From the NCBI GenBank assembly GCA_038087875.1, contig CM075991.1, positions 10,480,001-10,544,000 of the forward strand: a stretch of 64,000 nucleotides of DNA, in the 5' to 3' direction. The translations under genes and the position numbers were made by a program. The DNA is from Malacoraja senta. Lineage: Eukaryota. Below the pieces are notes generated by a model, which saw only the letters and a list, made by a program, of their open reading frames with translations, ran no database searches and was not told the DNA's origin. Below are positions 27,850 through 40,105 of this stretch, piece after piece; positions within the stretch are counted from its first letter, which is position 1, and the number at the start of each line of letters is the position of its first letter.

Positions 27850-28334
27850 CAGGAAGAGGCTGTCAGTTGGGCTTTTGCCCATCCACTCCACTCCGCAGTT
27901 TACCGCCCGCCCACCCCCGCCTTGCACAGATACCACATAGGAGTGGTATTGTTTAGGAAGCCTGAATGAGGAAGACAATTGACAAGCAGCTAACACAAGC
28001 CTCCCTCCCTCCCTCTCCGGAGCACCCGACGCTTGGTGGCTCTGGATGAGTCTGAGTAGGCAGTGGATATGCATGTCACGTTCTAAGTCTCTGCTGCTGC
28101 TGCTGCTACTGCTAATGCTAGTGTGACACTAGGAGGGTGGGAGGGAGGGTGTAGAGGGAAGCTCAGCAATATGATAATGATGCGTGAGCCTGACTACAAC
28201 AATATCTAATGTACCACAGTGCATGTAACACAGCTCAAAGAGAAGGAAGCAAGATGGCTGCCTGCTAGTGTCTGCTTGTGATGGAGACAGAGAGTCTTAC
28301 AGACCAGTGTGGGGAAATACACGGTGCAGTGTAG
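27850..28334 (+). promoter_or_regulatory. Putative promoter and non-coding first exon of an unidentified gene
   Basis: Unique TE-free sequence; GC-box-like ccgcccgcccaccccc at ~27903; (CTG)n at ~28091; YY1-type CAAGATGGCTGC at 28250-28261; uORFs at 28254 and 28281-28334; AG|GTATAT donor at 28335. Confidence 0.5.
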
Positions 28335-28672
28335 GTATATTTCACACAGCTTTTTTGACATCTTTTTTTTTTTTTCTTCCTGTTTAAAAAAAAAAAAATG
28401 GCTTTGTTGGACGTGTGTGCTGTGTCGTGCCTGCATTTCTTCCAGTTATATCAACGAGCTGAGAATTGTTCACTAAAGAGCAAATTTACAACAAAAAAAG
28501 ATTATTTCTCATCAATTTCCTTGCAAAATGTGCTCTCCAAACCCCTTTGTCAAGCACTGTTTCACAGCAACGTTCTTTAGCTTTGTGGTCTCGCTGGAGA
28601 TTTGCTTCACTGTCGCATTCCCTAATTGATTTTTTGTGTGTGTGTGTGTGTTTGGTTCTTTATCCCCTGCAG

Positions 28673-28729
28673 GTGGAGACCAGGAACAATACGAAAGCCC
28701 AAAGACAAAAGCAAGCCGCGGCTGGAAAG
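28673..28729 (+). other. Candidate 57-nt exon (probably 5' UTR)
   Basis: Branch-like cctaat at 28621, TG/pyrimidine tract, ttctttatcccctgcag| acceptor and AAG|GTAAAT donor. Confidence 0.55.
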
Positions 28730-28851
28730 GTAAATCCACTGTTTTTTTTGTCAAAGCTTCACTGTCAAGCGAAGTATTTTCTTTTATCCTTTAAGATAAG
28801 GTACTCTGGAAGCAGAGTGTTTGTGTATGTGTGTGTAGAAATTTATAGATA

Positions 28852-28853
28852 TA

Positions 28854-28920
<67 letters not shown>

Positions 28921-28945
28921 ATATATATTATATATATATTATACA

Positions 28946-29002
<57 letters not shown>

Positions 29003-29075
29003 ATATATATTATATATATATTATACATGTGTGTGTATATATATATACATGTATAATAACATATAATATGTATAT
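28852..29075. repeat. Compound (TG)n(TA)n microsatellite with internal duplication
   Basis: Directly visible. Confidence 0.95.
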
Positions 29076-30612
29076 AAACAGCAGGGAAGAATGAAAAATT
29101 TGATCTTTTTTTTCTGATTAATGCAGATGATTGTCATATGATATCATTTTCAATTAAATGTTTGAAACACACATTCCGTAGGCTGGTGAACCGAAGTCTG
29201 GATTGGGTCATTTTATATATATTTTTTAAATTTGGATGACAATAATTAAACGGGGAGCGGGGCTGTAGCATGGGTTAACCGTGCGTAAACAAAGGAGCTC
29301 CATTCACATATGCTGCCATTTGATACTGTTAACACTCCAGGACGTGGACAAGTAAAGTCTGCATGCAAATGCCGGCAACCTCGGTGTGCATTTTCGCAGC
29401 AGCTGTCCAAATATATATATGGGGCGGGATGAATTTGGATTTTCCGACTGAAATTCCGCAAAGCATGCTTGAATTATTATATCATGCTATTCCTGTTCTG
29501 TTTTTGTTTTAAAGCCGGTGTAGTATTACCATAGCACTGTGTGTGTGTGTGTGTGTGTGCGCGCCTTTAAGGTCCACAGTGGCTGTTTTTTTTGTGTGTG
29601 TTCAGCTTTATCTAAGGGGCCAAGGTTTGCTTTAAAAGCCTGCTCCCCTCCTCCCCCACCCCCCCACCTTGCCGCTGCCAACTGTGTTCTGGTTAAATCT
29701 TAACCCAGCAACAACAAAAAAAACTTTCCAGGGGCAGCTAACAAAACGTGTTAGGAACTGCGAGCTGGGAGGTTTGAGGCAGTCTCTCGCATTCCGTTTT
29801 CCCATTGAAAGCCATCTGAGATTCCACCCGCGCTGAAAGAGTTAACACATGCATTTTTCTGGCCAACATAATTATTTAACATGGGGCTGTCTAGAGGGAG
29901 AGGGGAGGGAGGGGGGGGAAGAGTCTCCTCGGTTGATTCAGTTCTCTCTCTTTCCCCTGTGCGAGTGCATTCCCTTTGTCTCCCTTCCTCTCCTCGGAGC
30001 ACGGCTTCAAAAAACTTTGCCAGCTGGAGACTTGCTGCAAGAGTGGACTGTGATTAGCATCTCCTCGTTGGTTTTTACTGAACCGACGAGCGAGCCCTCG
30101 TAGTTCGGTGAGTCAGCACTTTGGTCCGCTCCTCACTCACTCACTTTGCGCTCGCCAGTGCTTGCGCTGAGAAGTGAACCTTAGAAACATAGAAAATAGG
30201 TGCAGGAGGAGGCCATTCGGCCCTTCATTGTGATCTTGGCTGATCGTCCTCTATCAATAACCCGTGCCTGCCTTCTCCTTGGAGTTTCCAAGGCTTTGGT
30301 TCTATTTTGACATGAGTCCCATGGGGGTGGACGTTGTATTAAATTTATTGTCTTCAGCACATCAATGGGGCAGAAAAATACTCGCTCAACTCAAAAGGTT
30401 AACTCAAAAGCAACACTGGCTTGGCGGTCTTCCCTTGAAATCTTTCCACTTTTCCATGCACAAAGTCCGTGTAGATAAATGAATAATGTGGGGAAGTTTT
30501 AGGATGACTGTCATTGTGCTAAAGTCAACTTGCATCACAATCCTTGTCCTGCACTAAGTGCCGTGGTTACCTATCAGTAAATATTCCACCAACTACCAAC
30601 TTTAAAAAGTTT

Positions 30613-30826
30613 AGAGACACAAAAAGCCAGAGTAACCAGGCAGTATTTCTGGAGGAAAGAAATAGGGGACATTTTGGGTCGAGACCCTTCTTTAGACCTG
30701 AAGAAGGATCTCGACCTGAAACGTCACCCATTCCTTTTCTCCAGAGATGCTGTCTGACCCGCTGAGTTACTCCAGCTTTTTGTGTCTATCTTTGGCTTAA
30801 ACCAGCATCTGCAGTTCCTTCCAACA
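30613..30826. mobile_element. Penelope-like family A fold-back unit
   Basis: - arm to ~30697 then + arm ctgaagaaggatctcgacctgaaacgtcaccc..gcagttccttcc. Confidence 0.82.
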
Positions 30827-31529
30827 CAATTTAAACGTTGACTCATGAATCAAATTTTGCTGCTGTTTCAACCGAAGCCCCCCCATCCCTCCCCCAATTC
30901 CAAAGTGGCGGGGCGATCTCCAGATGGCACAGGATGGGTTGGCAGCCACAGTAGTTCTTGGTTTGTGGAGCTGGTAGTGAGGCGGTGTTTAGCTCTGACA
31001 CTCACGTGGTGCAAGGGGCCCCTTTGGAAAGACTGGGAGGGATGGCATGCTCGCTGTTTGGCAGGCAGACTTGGCAATTATGCTTACTGCAAGCACATGG
31101 CTTCAAGGTTTACAAACACAGTTCCAGCCCACGTCACCCGTGACTCATCATTCTAGCGGAATGTAGTGCAGGATCCGAACGCGAGGCACTTTCTGTTTCT
31201 TTCGGTCAGAACAAGGACCGTAATTCTCCAAGGGGCTCAGTTTATATTTCCCGTGAAGGGGAGAATCTTCAACGTTTCTCCATTCACTTTTTTGGAAGCC
31301 TGCGTCTAACCCAACAGGGTTTCAACAGGTGTCCTCCGCTGCTTGTCAACGAATCGCCCTGTTGGGTTGTCCATGCCTGTTGCGTTCCAACGTGAAGCTT
31401 AATGTTAAAGGCGCAAAGCACGGAGTTAATGCCTTCCTTTCCCAGTCCAGACCAAAGTGTGATCCGTTTTCCATCCTCGATTCAGATACAGTCAAAGAAT
31501 GCCGAGGTTGGCCGCAGTTTGTTTTGTAA

Positions 31530-31825
31530 CGCATGACTGGACGACGTGGATTTAGACTGAGAGGGGGAAAGTTTAAAGGGACGTGCAGGGCAAGTTTTTG
31601 TTTAACGCGCTGCGGTTGGTGCGTGGGACCCACTGCCGGAGGCGGTGGTGGAGGCAGATGTACGACAGTGGCGTTTAAGAGGCTTTTGCGAAGGCTTGTG
31701 GACATGCGGGGAACGGAGGGATACGGATCGCGTGCGGGCAGAGGGGATTAGTGCAACATGGCATCATGTTCGGCACAGACAGAGTGGGCTGAAGGGCCAG
31801 TTCCAATGCTGCAAGTTCTATGATT
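31530..31825 (+). mobile_element. Old CR1 LINE 3' fragment
   Basis: RGFRLRGGKFKG..AFKRLL; tail gggctgaagggccagttcc. Confidence 0.75.
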
Positions 31826-32336
31826 GTACTGAGATAGGCAGGGAGAGGAAGAATGGAAAGAATTTAACAAAGTGTAAAACTTAGATGGGTCAAGAGATAG
31901 CATACCACCAATCTCATTGGAGACCTTTGGACTATCTTTAATCGGACTCCACTGGGCTTTTAATCTTGCACTGAGTGTTATTTATTCTCTTTATCCTGTA
32001 TCTGGACGGTGCATAGATCTCGACCTGAAACGCCACCCATTCCTTCTCTCCAGAGATGCTGCCTGTCCCGCTGAGTTACTCCAGCATTTTGTGTCCATCT
32101 TCGGTGTAAACCAGCATCTGCGGTTCCTTCCTACACTGTTAGAGCTTTGGTCTCATTACATTAATCACAGACTTTAATAACACCAAATATAACCTGTGTT
32201 TCTCTGGTCAAATGTTTAAATCAGAAACCGAGGTCCAGATTCAAAAACAATGCTCCCCATGTCTTTATCCATGTCAGATGGAGTTCATTTTTGCATTTGA
32301 ATCTCTCTACCCTTCATAACAAGGCCTTCATAACAA

Positions 32337-32945
32337 GAGTATAGGAGTAAAGAGGTTCTTCTGCAGTTGTATAGGGCTCTGGTGAGACCACATCTGGAGT
32401 ATTGTGTACAGTTTTAGTCTCCTAATTTGAGGAAGGACATCCTTGTGATTGAGGCAGTGCAGTGTAGGTTCACGAGATTGATCCCTGGGATGGCGGGACT
32501 GTCATATGAGGAAAGATTGAAAAGACTAGGCTTGTATTCACTGGAGTTTAGAAGGATGAGGGGGGAAATCTTATAGAAACATATAAAATTATAAAAGGGC
32601 TGGACAAGCTAGATGCAGGAAAAATGTTCCCAATGTTGGGTGAGTCCAGAACCAGGGGCCACAGTCTTAGAATAAAGGGGAGGTCATTTAAGACTGAGGT
32701 TAGAAAAAACCTTTTCACCCAGAGAGTTGTGAATTTATGGAATTCCCTGCCACACAGGGCAGTGGAGGCCAAGTCACTGGATGGATTTAAGAGAGAGTTA
32801 GATAGAGCTCTAGGGGCTAGTGGAGTCAAGGGATATGGTGAGAAGGCAGGCATGGGTTATTGATAGGGGACGATCAGCCATGATGGCGGTGCTGGCTCGT
32901 AGGGCCGAATGGCCTCCTCCTGCACCTATTTTCTATGTTTCTACC
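32337..32945 (+). mobile_element. CR1 LINE 3' fragment
   Basis: EYRSKEVLLQLYRALVRPHLEYCVQF..MFPMLGESRTRGHSLRIKGRSFKTEVRKNLFTQRVVNLWNSLP; near-identical to 41904-42390. Confidence 0.93.
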
Positions 32946-33057
32946 CCTCTCACTAACACACAATGACAGTAAGACAAGTAATGCAAGGACCACTGTTCCT
33001 GTGGGACTTGGCGTCAGATGTCACTGGGAAAAGAACACAGGGGATTCTTCTTGGATC

Positions 33058-33660
33058 TTTAGAGATACAGCGTGGAAACAGGTCCTTCTGCCCACCGCGT
33101 CTACGCCGACCAGCGATCACCCCTTACACTAGCGCGATCCTACACACACTGGGGACAATTTACAATTTACCGTAGCTAATTAACCTACAAACCTGCACAA
33201 CTTTAGAGTGTGGGAGGAAACCGGGGAAAACCCCGTGTGGGTCACAGGGAGTACGTGCAAACTCCTTACGGACAGCACCCATTGCGCCAGTGTACCGCTC
33301 GAGTCATGGAGTCTTGCAGCATGGAAAGAGGCCCTTTGGCCCAACTTACCCATGCTGACTGAGATGCCCCATCTACGCTAGTCCCACCTGCCCCAATCCC
33401 ACAAAACCCGTCCTGTTCCCGTACCTGTCCAAGTGTTTTTTAAATGTTGTCATAGTATCTGCCTCAACGACCTCTTCCGGCAGCTCGTTGCATTTACCAA
33501 CCATGCTCAGTGTGAAAAAGCTGCCTCTTGGGTTCCTATTAAATCTTTCCCCTCTCACCTTAAATTCAAGTCCTCTGGTTCTTGATTCCCCCTACTCTGA
33601 GTGAAAGACTTGTTGCATCCACCCTATCAATTCCCCTCGTGGTTTTATACACCTACACAA
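33058..33660 (-). mobile_element. V-SINE (33058-33300) followed by CR1 3' fragment (33300-33660)
   Basis: SINE tail and V-core; ORF 33373-33558(-) RGERFNRNPRGSFFT..CNELPEEVVEA. Confidence 0.8.
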
Positions 33661-33664
33661 GAGT

Positions 33665-34270
33665 TTGGAGATACAGCGCGGAAACAGGCCGATCGGCCCA
33701 CCGAGTCCGCACCGACCAGCGATCCCCGCACACTAACACTGTTCTACACACATTAGGGACCATTTACATTTATATCAACCCAATTTAATTACAGCCCTGT
33801 ACGTCTTTGGAGTGTGACGGGAAACCGATGATTTTGCAGAAAGTCCAGGGGGAGAACGTACAAACTCCATACAGACGGTAACAGGATCGAACCCGGGTCT
33901 CTGGCGCTGTAAAGGGCCTGTCCCACTGACGCGATTTTTTTGGCCGCTTGCCGGCACCCGTCATGGTCACAAATTTCAACATATTGAAAATCCAACGACG
34001 ACCAGCAAAAAGGTACGACTGTTTGGGCGACTACTCACGACCAGACAAGCGTCACCCCCGCGACATGTCGCCTGTATGGTCGTGGTGACGCCTGTATGGT
34101 CGTGAGTAGTCGCCCGAAGAGTCGTACCTTTTTGCTGGTCCCCGCTGGATTTTCGACACGTTGAACATTTTCGGCCACCTGCTGCGACTATGACGGGTGC
34201 CGGCAAGTCGGCGAAAAAAATCGCGTTAGCGGGACAGGCCCTCCAGGCAGCAACTCTACCGCTGCAACAC
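33665..34270 (-). mobile_element. V-SINE interrupted by a MITE
   Basis: ctggcgctgtaa [MITE] ..ggcagcaactctaccgctg. Confidence 0.85.
33913..34242. mobile_element. PIF/Harbinger-like MITE family B (330 bp, near-palindromic)
   Basis: TIRs agggcctgtcccactgacgcgattttttt / aaaaaaatcgcgttagcgggacaggccct; preceded by TAA. Confidence 0.88.
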
Positions 34271-35021
34271 CGGGCCGCTCCTGGTTTTTGTTCCTCCTGC
34301 ACTCCAAGGAATCAAGTCCTACCATGGAAAAACAATTCCGTGCGTTCACCCTGTCTGTCCCCCCTCATGTTTTTTTGTGTGTTTTTTTTACACACACACT
34401 TGCTTAATTAAAGTAGCTTGTCTTGATATGTCTGAGGTAAGGAGTATGTGAGTGAGAGGGGTTTAGAGATTCAAGTGTGCATGTTCCATCTGACATGGGC
34501 CAACATATGGGAAAGAATCTGTTTTGAATCTGGCCCTCAGTTTGTGTAACTAATGTCTATTTGCGTCGAGCAAGATCATACATCGCTGTGTACAATGCGA
34601 TGACTATTCATCAATTATCCTTAAAGCCATACTCAACATGTGCATCCGATGATTTATGGTCCTCAATGGAATATACACAGACTTTGCAAAGGGATCTTAA
34701 TTCATTCCTTATGTTACAACTTGCAGCGCAAAATATGTCGACCTGCTGGACATGCAAACTATACAGGCAGAATGTCTGGGAGTTACAATATATGGCCACT
34801 TTTGCTGGATTTCATTACTATATTGTATTGTAAGATTCTTTCAATATGTCTGCTGAAGTATCCCCTCTGAACTATCCCGATAATTTATGAAGAGGCATCT
34901 TACACTTACTAGGATCAATATAAATGGGGTGAGAATATTTTAAACTATTTTCACAAAACACAGCCCAGACATCTAAAGGGATATTTATGGCCAATTAATC
35001 TAATAACCGACACATCTTTGG

Positions 35022-35291
35022 GACTCTGGTTTGATCCTGACCACGGGTGCTGTCTGTGCGGAGTTTGTGCGATCTCCCTGTGACCCGCGTGGGTTTCCTC
35101 CGGATGCTCCGGTTTCCAACTGCATTCCAAAGTCGAACAGGTTTGTAGGTTAATTGGCTTTGGTAAAAATTGTAAAATTGTCCCTAGTGCGTAGTATACT
35201 GCTGGTGTACGGGCATCAATGGTTCGTGCAGATTTGGTGGGCCGAAGGGCCTGTTTCTGCACTGTATCTCTAACTAAACTAAACTAAACTA
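35022..35291 (+). mobile_element. V-SINE (HE1-like)
   Basis: ggtttgatcctgacc..ctgtgcggagtttgt..(taaac)n tail. Confidence 0.85.
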
Positions 35292-35351
35292 CTACACATG
35301 GTAGGTACTTTCTAGCAAAGGTGTACTCCTGAAATCTTTATTGTGTCTAAG

Positions 35352-35830
35352 TAGGAACTACAGATGCTGGAAAATCAAAGGTAGACAAAAGTGCTGGAGA
35401 AACTCAGCGGGTGCAGCAGCATCTATGGAACGAAGGAAATAGGCAACGTTTCGGGCCGAAACATTGCCTATTTCCTTCGCTCCATAGATGTACCCGCTGA
35501 GTTTCTCCAGCACATTTGTCTACCATAAATCCTGTGGCAGGGTGGGGGGGGGGGGGGGGGGGAGAAGAAAGGAGAAAGGAAAAAGGAAGAGGAGGAGCCC
35601 GAGGGCTTAGGGAGAGCTGAGAAGGGGAGGAGACAGCAAGGGCTACCGGAAATTAGAGAAGTCAATGTTCATGCCACTAGGGTGCAGACTGCCCAAGCGG
35701 AATATGAGGTGCTGCTCCTCCAATTTCCGGTGGTGCTCACTCTGGCCACGGAGGAGGCCCAGGACAGAGAGGTCGGATTCGGGATGGGAGGGGGAGTTGA
35801 AGTGCGGAGCCACCGGGAGATCAGGTGTGG
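35352..35830 (-). mobile_element. Penelope-like family B fragment: GIY-YIG endonuclease C-terminus plus fold-back terminus
   Basis: ORF 35643-35843(-) DLPVAPHFNSPSHPESDLSVLGLL..HRKLEEQHLIFRLGSLHPSGMNIDFSNFR*. Confidence 0.87.
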
Positions 35831-35889
35831 CCTTCAGTGACAACCTTGTATTGGACGTTCAAAATGTTGAACTTTCTCAGAAGCAGAAG

Positions 35890-36245
35890 AGTCCTCTCAC
35901 ATGCCAAAGACGTGCAGGTTTGTAGGTTAATTGGCTTCTGTAAATTGTCCCTAGTGTGTAGGATGGTACTATTGTCAACGGGTCGGTGCGTGTTATTGTC
36001 AAGGGGGACAGCGCCAGAGCCCCACGTTTGATCATGACTAAGTGTGCTGTCTATGCTCCTTGTAACCTGCGTGAGTGATCTCTGGTTTCTTTCCACACTC
36101 CAAAGACGTACAGGTTTGTAGTCTAATTGGCTTGGTATAATTGTAAATTGTCCCTAGTGTGTGTGGGACAGTATTAGTGTATGGGGATCGCTAGTCGGCA
36201 CGGACCCGGTGGGCTGATGGGCCTGTTTCCGCGCTGTATCTCTTT
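35890..36245 (+). mobile_element. Two partial V-SINE copies
   Basis: ccaaagacgt.caggtttgtag..taattggctt..taaattgtccctagtgtgt appears twice; tail gggcctgtttccgcgctgtatctct. Confidence 0.8.
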
Positions 36246-37605
36246 AAAAATGTGATTTTTGTGCTGATGTCTCTGTGCATGCGCCTATGTGTCTCTGTGT
36301 GTGCATGTGTATAAATAAAGCTTGGTATTGTTGATATACATGTATATACTATTCATATCCGGCCCTTGAGAAGCGATCAAATGATATAATCAGTTGTTCA
36401 CTATCTTATTTGCTTCTTGCTGCCTTCAAGGAACAGATGGCAAATATTTTAAGCATCCAGCTCTTGAAGAGAATAAGCCAAATTTACCACTGTTTTATTT
36501 GCCCTTTAACCAAATCCTCAGCCTTTAAGTGCCACGGATACAGATTCTTCAGATTTCAGATGGGACAATATCGCTGTGTTTAAAAAAAAACAAAAAAAAA
36601 AAAAAAAAAGTTCTGTTTCCTGACCTGACATTGTGTGACGAGATTAAACTGCTGAAGAGAATGAAGCAGAGTAGCTTCATTTCAATCGGTGAAGCAATTG
36701 AAATCAACATCAAAGACTTTCCTCCCTTAAAGCAGCAAATCAAATTTGAATTGTTCCTTCATCTTAGATTCATGGTCCAATGGTCAGAGATGAATTCTGG
36801 ACCGAGCTATTAACAGGATTTAATCTTACTGGGGTGTGAGGGATTAGCATAAATGTTGAAACATTTTAAAACGGCCTCAATCGCTACCATAGTTACAACA
36901 ACTTGACATTGTGAGTAGTCCCAAGATGTGGAAATGTTAACAAAGGTCGGCAATGTTGTGGTGACATTGGACTCTTTATGTCCCGTCTGTGGGTGAGAGA
37001 CTGCAAGCTGCAATGTGCCTTGATAGGAGAAGGGTCTCGACCCGAAATGTCACCCATTCCTTCTCTCCAGAGATGCTGCCTGTCCCGCTGAGTTACTCCA
37101 GCATCTTGTGTCTATCTTCGGTGTAAACCAGCATCGGCAGTTCCTTCCTGCACATGTACCTTGATCGCTGTTTTACCTCGACGATGTGAGTAGGGTTTTA
37201 TATTGGACTGGTTTATGATTGTGAAGTGAATCTAACAGCCTGTAAAGGTGTCCACACATTCCCGGTGGAATCTTCCCTGAAGTGAAAGATACCAAGTCTG
37301 AAGAAGGGTCCCAATCCTGAACGTCACCTGTCCACAGATGTTGCCTGAACCGCTGAGTTCCTCCAGCGCTTTGAGTTTTGCTCAAAATACCAGCATTAGA
37401 ACGTAAGGCATATGAGCAGAGTTAGGCCATTTGGTCCATCGAGCCTGCCCCGCCATTTGATCAAGGCGGGTCTATTTTCTCTCTCAACCCCATTCTCCTG
37501 CGTTATCCCCATAACCTTTCACACTAATCAAGAATCTCTCAATCTCCGCTTTAAAAACACCCAATGACTTGGCATCCACAGCTGTCTGTGGCAATGAATT
37601 CCAGA

Positions 37606-38140
37606 GATAGAAACATAGAAACATAGAAAATAGGTGCAGGAGTAGGCCATTCGGCCCTTCGAGCCTGCACCGCCATTCAATATGATCATGGCTGATCATC
37701 CAACTCAGTATCCTGTACCTGCCTTCTCTCCATACCCCCTGATCCCTTTAGCCACAAGGGCCACATCTAACTCCCTCTTAAATATAGCCAATGAACTGGC
37801 CTCAACTACCTTCTGTGGCAGAGAATTCCACAGATTCACCACTCTCTGTGTGAAAAATGATTTTCTCATCTCGGTCCTAAAAGACTTTCCCCTTATCCTT
37901 AAACTGTGACCCCTTGTTCTGGACTTCCCCAACATCAGGAACAATCTTCCTGCATCTAGCCTGTCCAACCCCTTAAGAATCTTGTAAGTTTCTATAAGAC
38001 CCCCCCTCAATCTTCTAAATTCTAGCGAGTACAAGCCGAGTCTATCCAGTCTTTCTTCATATGAAAGTCCTGCCATCCCAGGAATCAGTCTGGTGAACCT
38101 TCTCTGTACTCCCTCTATGGCAAGAATGTCTTTCCTCAGA
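37606..38140 (-). mobile_element. Young CR1 3' fragment inserted into an older CR1 fragment (~37400-38340)
   Basis: ORF 37705-38181(-) LRKDILAIEGVQRRFTRLIPGMAGLSYEERLDRLGLYSLEFRR; host gaattcca|..caccaccctctgg is split. Confidence 0.92.
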
Positions 38141-38451
38141 TACACCACCCTCTGGCTAAAAAAATTGCTCCTCGTCTCCATTCTAAAGGTATGTCATTTT
38201 ATTCTGAGGGTGTGCCCCTCTGGTCTTGGGCTCTCCCACGAATGGGAACATTCTCCCCAAATCCACTCTTTTCAATATTCAGTAGACTTCAATGAGATCA
38301 CCCCTCATCCCTCTAAACACCAGCAAGTGCAAGCTCGGAGTCCTCCATCACACTGGCAATATTTTAAATTTAGTTTAGAGAAATAGTGTGGAAACACTGA
38401 GTCTGCGTTGACCAGCGATCTCAGAGTCTCTGAGAGTCTCTGAGACTCTAA

Positions 38452-38683
38452 AGGGTCTGTCCCACTTGGCAATTTTTTTGGCGTCTGCTGGCATCATTGA
38501 CTGACGTATCAGGTTATCGAAACATCACAGCGTGACGCGCCGTGGCGCAGAGTGATGGCGTATGACGCGCGGTGTTTTTCGAGTGTCGCAACGTTTTTTT
38601 GTCGCCGCTGGATTTTGAAATGTTCAAAATCTTTTGGCGGCGCTGATATGACGGCGAAAAAATTGCCAAGTGGGACAGGCCCT
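38452..38683. mobile_element. PIF/Harbinger-like MITE family C
   Basis: TIRs agggtctgtcccacttggcaattttt / aaaaattgccaagtgggacaggccct; flanks TAA/TGA. Confidence 0.87.
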
Positions 38684-39878
38684 TGAGTCTCTGGGTCACG
38701 TGACAGGCCTGTCGTCCCAACTCGCCTACACCGACCAACATGCCCCATCTACACCAGTCCAACCTGCCTGCGTTTGGCCCATATCCCTCTAAACCTGTCC
38801 TATCCACGTACCAGTCCAAATGCTTTTTAAAAGTTTTAAAACTTTTCCCTTCTCTCTCGCTCTCGAGAGCAAGCCATACTTGAGGGTGGCTGCCCACTCA
38901 CTCCAGCAATCTAGTTCAGTTCAGTTTTATTTGTCATATGTAGGGTCAACGGTACAATGAAATGTGTTAGACAAGACAACGGGTCACCTCTAACACAAGA
39001 TATTACAAGGATAAAATGAAGGTACACAAATGCTGGAGAAACTCAGCGGGTGCAGCAGCATCTATGGAGCGAAGGAAATAGGCATTGGTAGGGATAAGTA
39101 AGTAAGTTTATTGGCCAAATATTCACATACAAGGAATTTGCCTTGGTGCTCCGCCCACAAGTAACAACATGCCATACAGTGACAGTTACGAATGACTCGG
39201 AAAAAGACAGTAATAATTAAAATAATCAACATATATGATGTGTTTATGAGTTCAGAAGTCTGGTGGCATGATGATAACAACTGTTCTACTCACTATCCAC
39301 AATCTACAAGCTTGCCTGGTGGCTTGAAGATCTGACTCAAACCTAATTGACCTCTTGCTCCCATTTACCAGGAGCTGCCCAATCTCCGCGTTTATCTAGA
39401 GCTGGCTGGCAGGGACATAATCATCTCTGGGAGTATGGTTGGTGTTCCAGACACTCTGTGCTTGTGCCTCCATTGATAGGAACAAGCAGTTAATAACATG
39501 TACTCATAACAATCACGCAATTCTTTAAAGACAGCTGCCTGTTTCCTGTCTTTAGTTCTAGGTTGCAAATAACTCTCAAATAACAGAATGCAGTGCAACT
39601 TTATTTCAGCCAGAGCTATAAACCCCGCTCCTTATTTGTGAGTGTCCCATTGGCACAGAACGAGATACCGAGGTTTAAGATTACTGGAAAACAAAGCTTC
39701 CCCCCCACCTCACACGTTTGCTACAAGCCTTTATTAATGTTGTTTCATCAGCTACAAAGTTACTTGATCATCTGTTCCCAAATTTCTACGTTGTGCATTC
39801 TTGTCACGGAGAGAACCAGCAAACTCCGCACTGACAGCACCCGTAGTCAGGATCGAAGCGGAGTCTCTGGCGCTGTAA

Positions 39879-40105
39879 ACGGCCTGTCCCACTTTCACGA
39901 CCTAATTCACGACCTCTGCCGAGTTTGCCCTTGACTCGTACTCGCAGCGTGGTCGTCACGAGGTCGTAGGTAGGTCGTAGCAGGCCGTGATGCTAGTCGT
40001 GGGTACTCGTGGCATCAAGTAGGTCGGGGCGTTTTTTCAACATGGTGAAAAATGTCCACGAGTAAAAAAAGTCGTGCATTAGGTCGTGAAAGTGGGACGG
40101 GCCCT
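39879..40105. mobile_element. PIF/Harbinger-like MITE family A inserted in a V-SINE fragment (~39803-40133)
   Basis: TIRs acggcctgtcccactttcacgacctaat / attaggtcgtgaaagtgggacgggccct; perfect TAA duplication (39876-39878, 40106-40108). Confidence 0.92.

Noticed and set aside
28050..28350. Assigning a gene symbol to the putative first exon
   Set aside because: No coding sequence in the window allows identification; naming it would be a guess
28466..29056. 196-aa ORF over the candidate exon
   Set aside because: Runs through splice-signal-bounded intron-like sequence and TA/TG microsatellite; no recognisable protein
36529..36813. Minus-strand splice acceptor after the long A tract at ~36581-36609
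   Set aside because: No convincing partner donor or reading frame; a poly(A) microsatellite explains it
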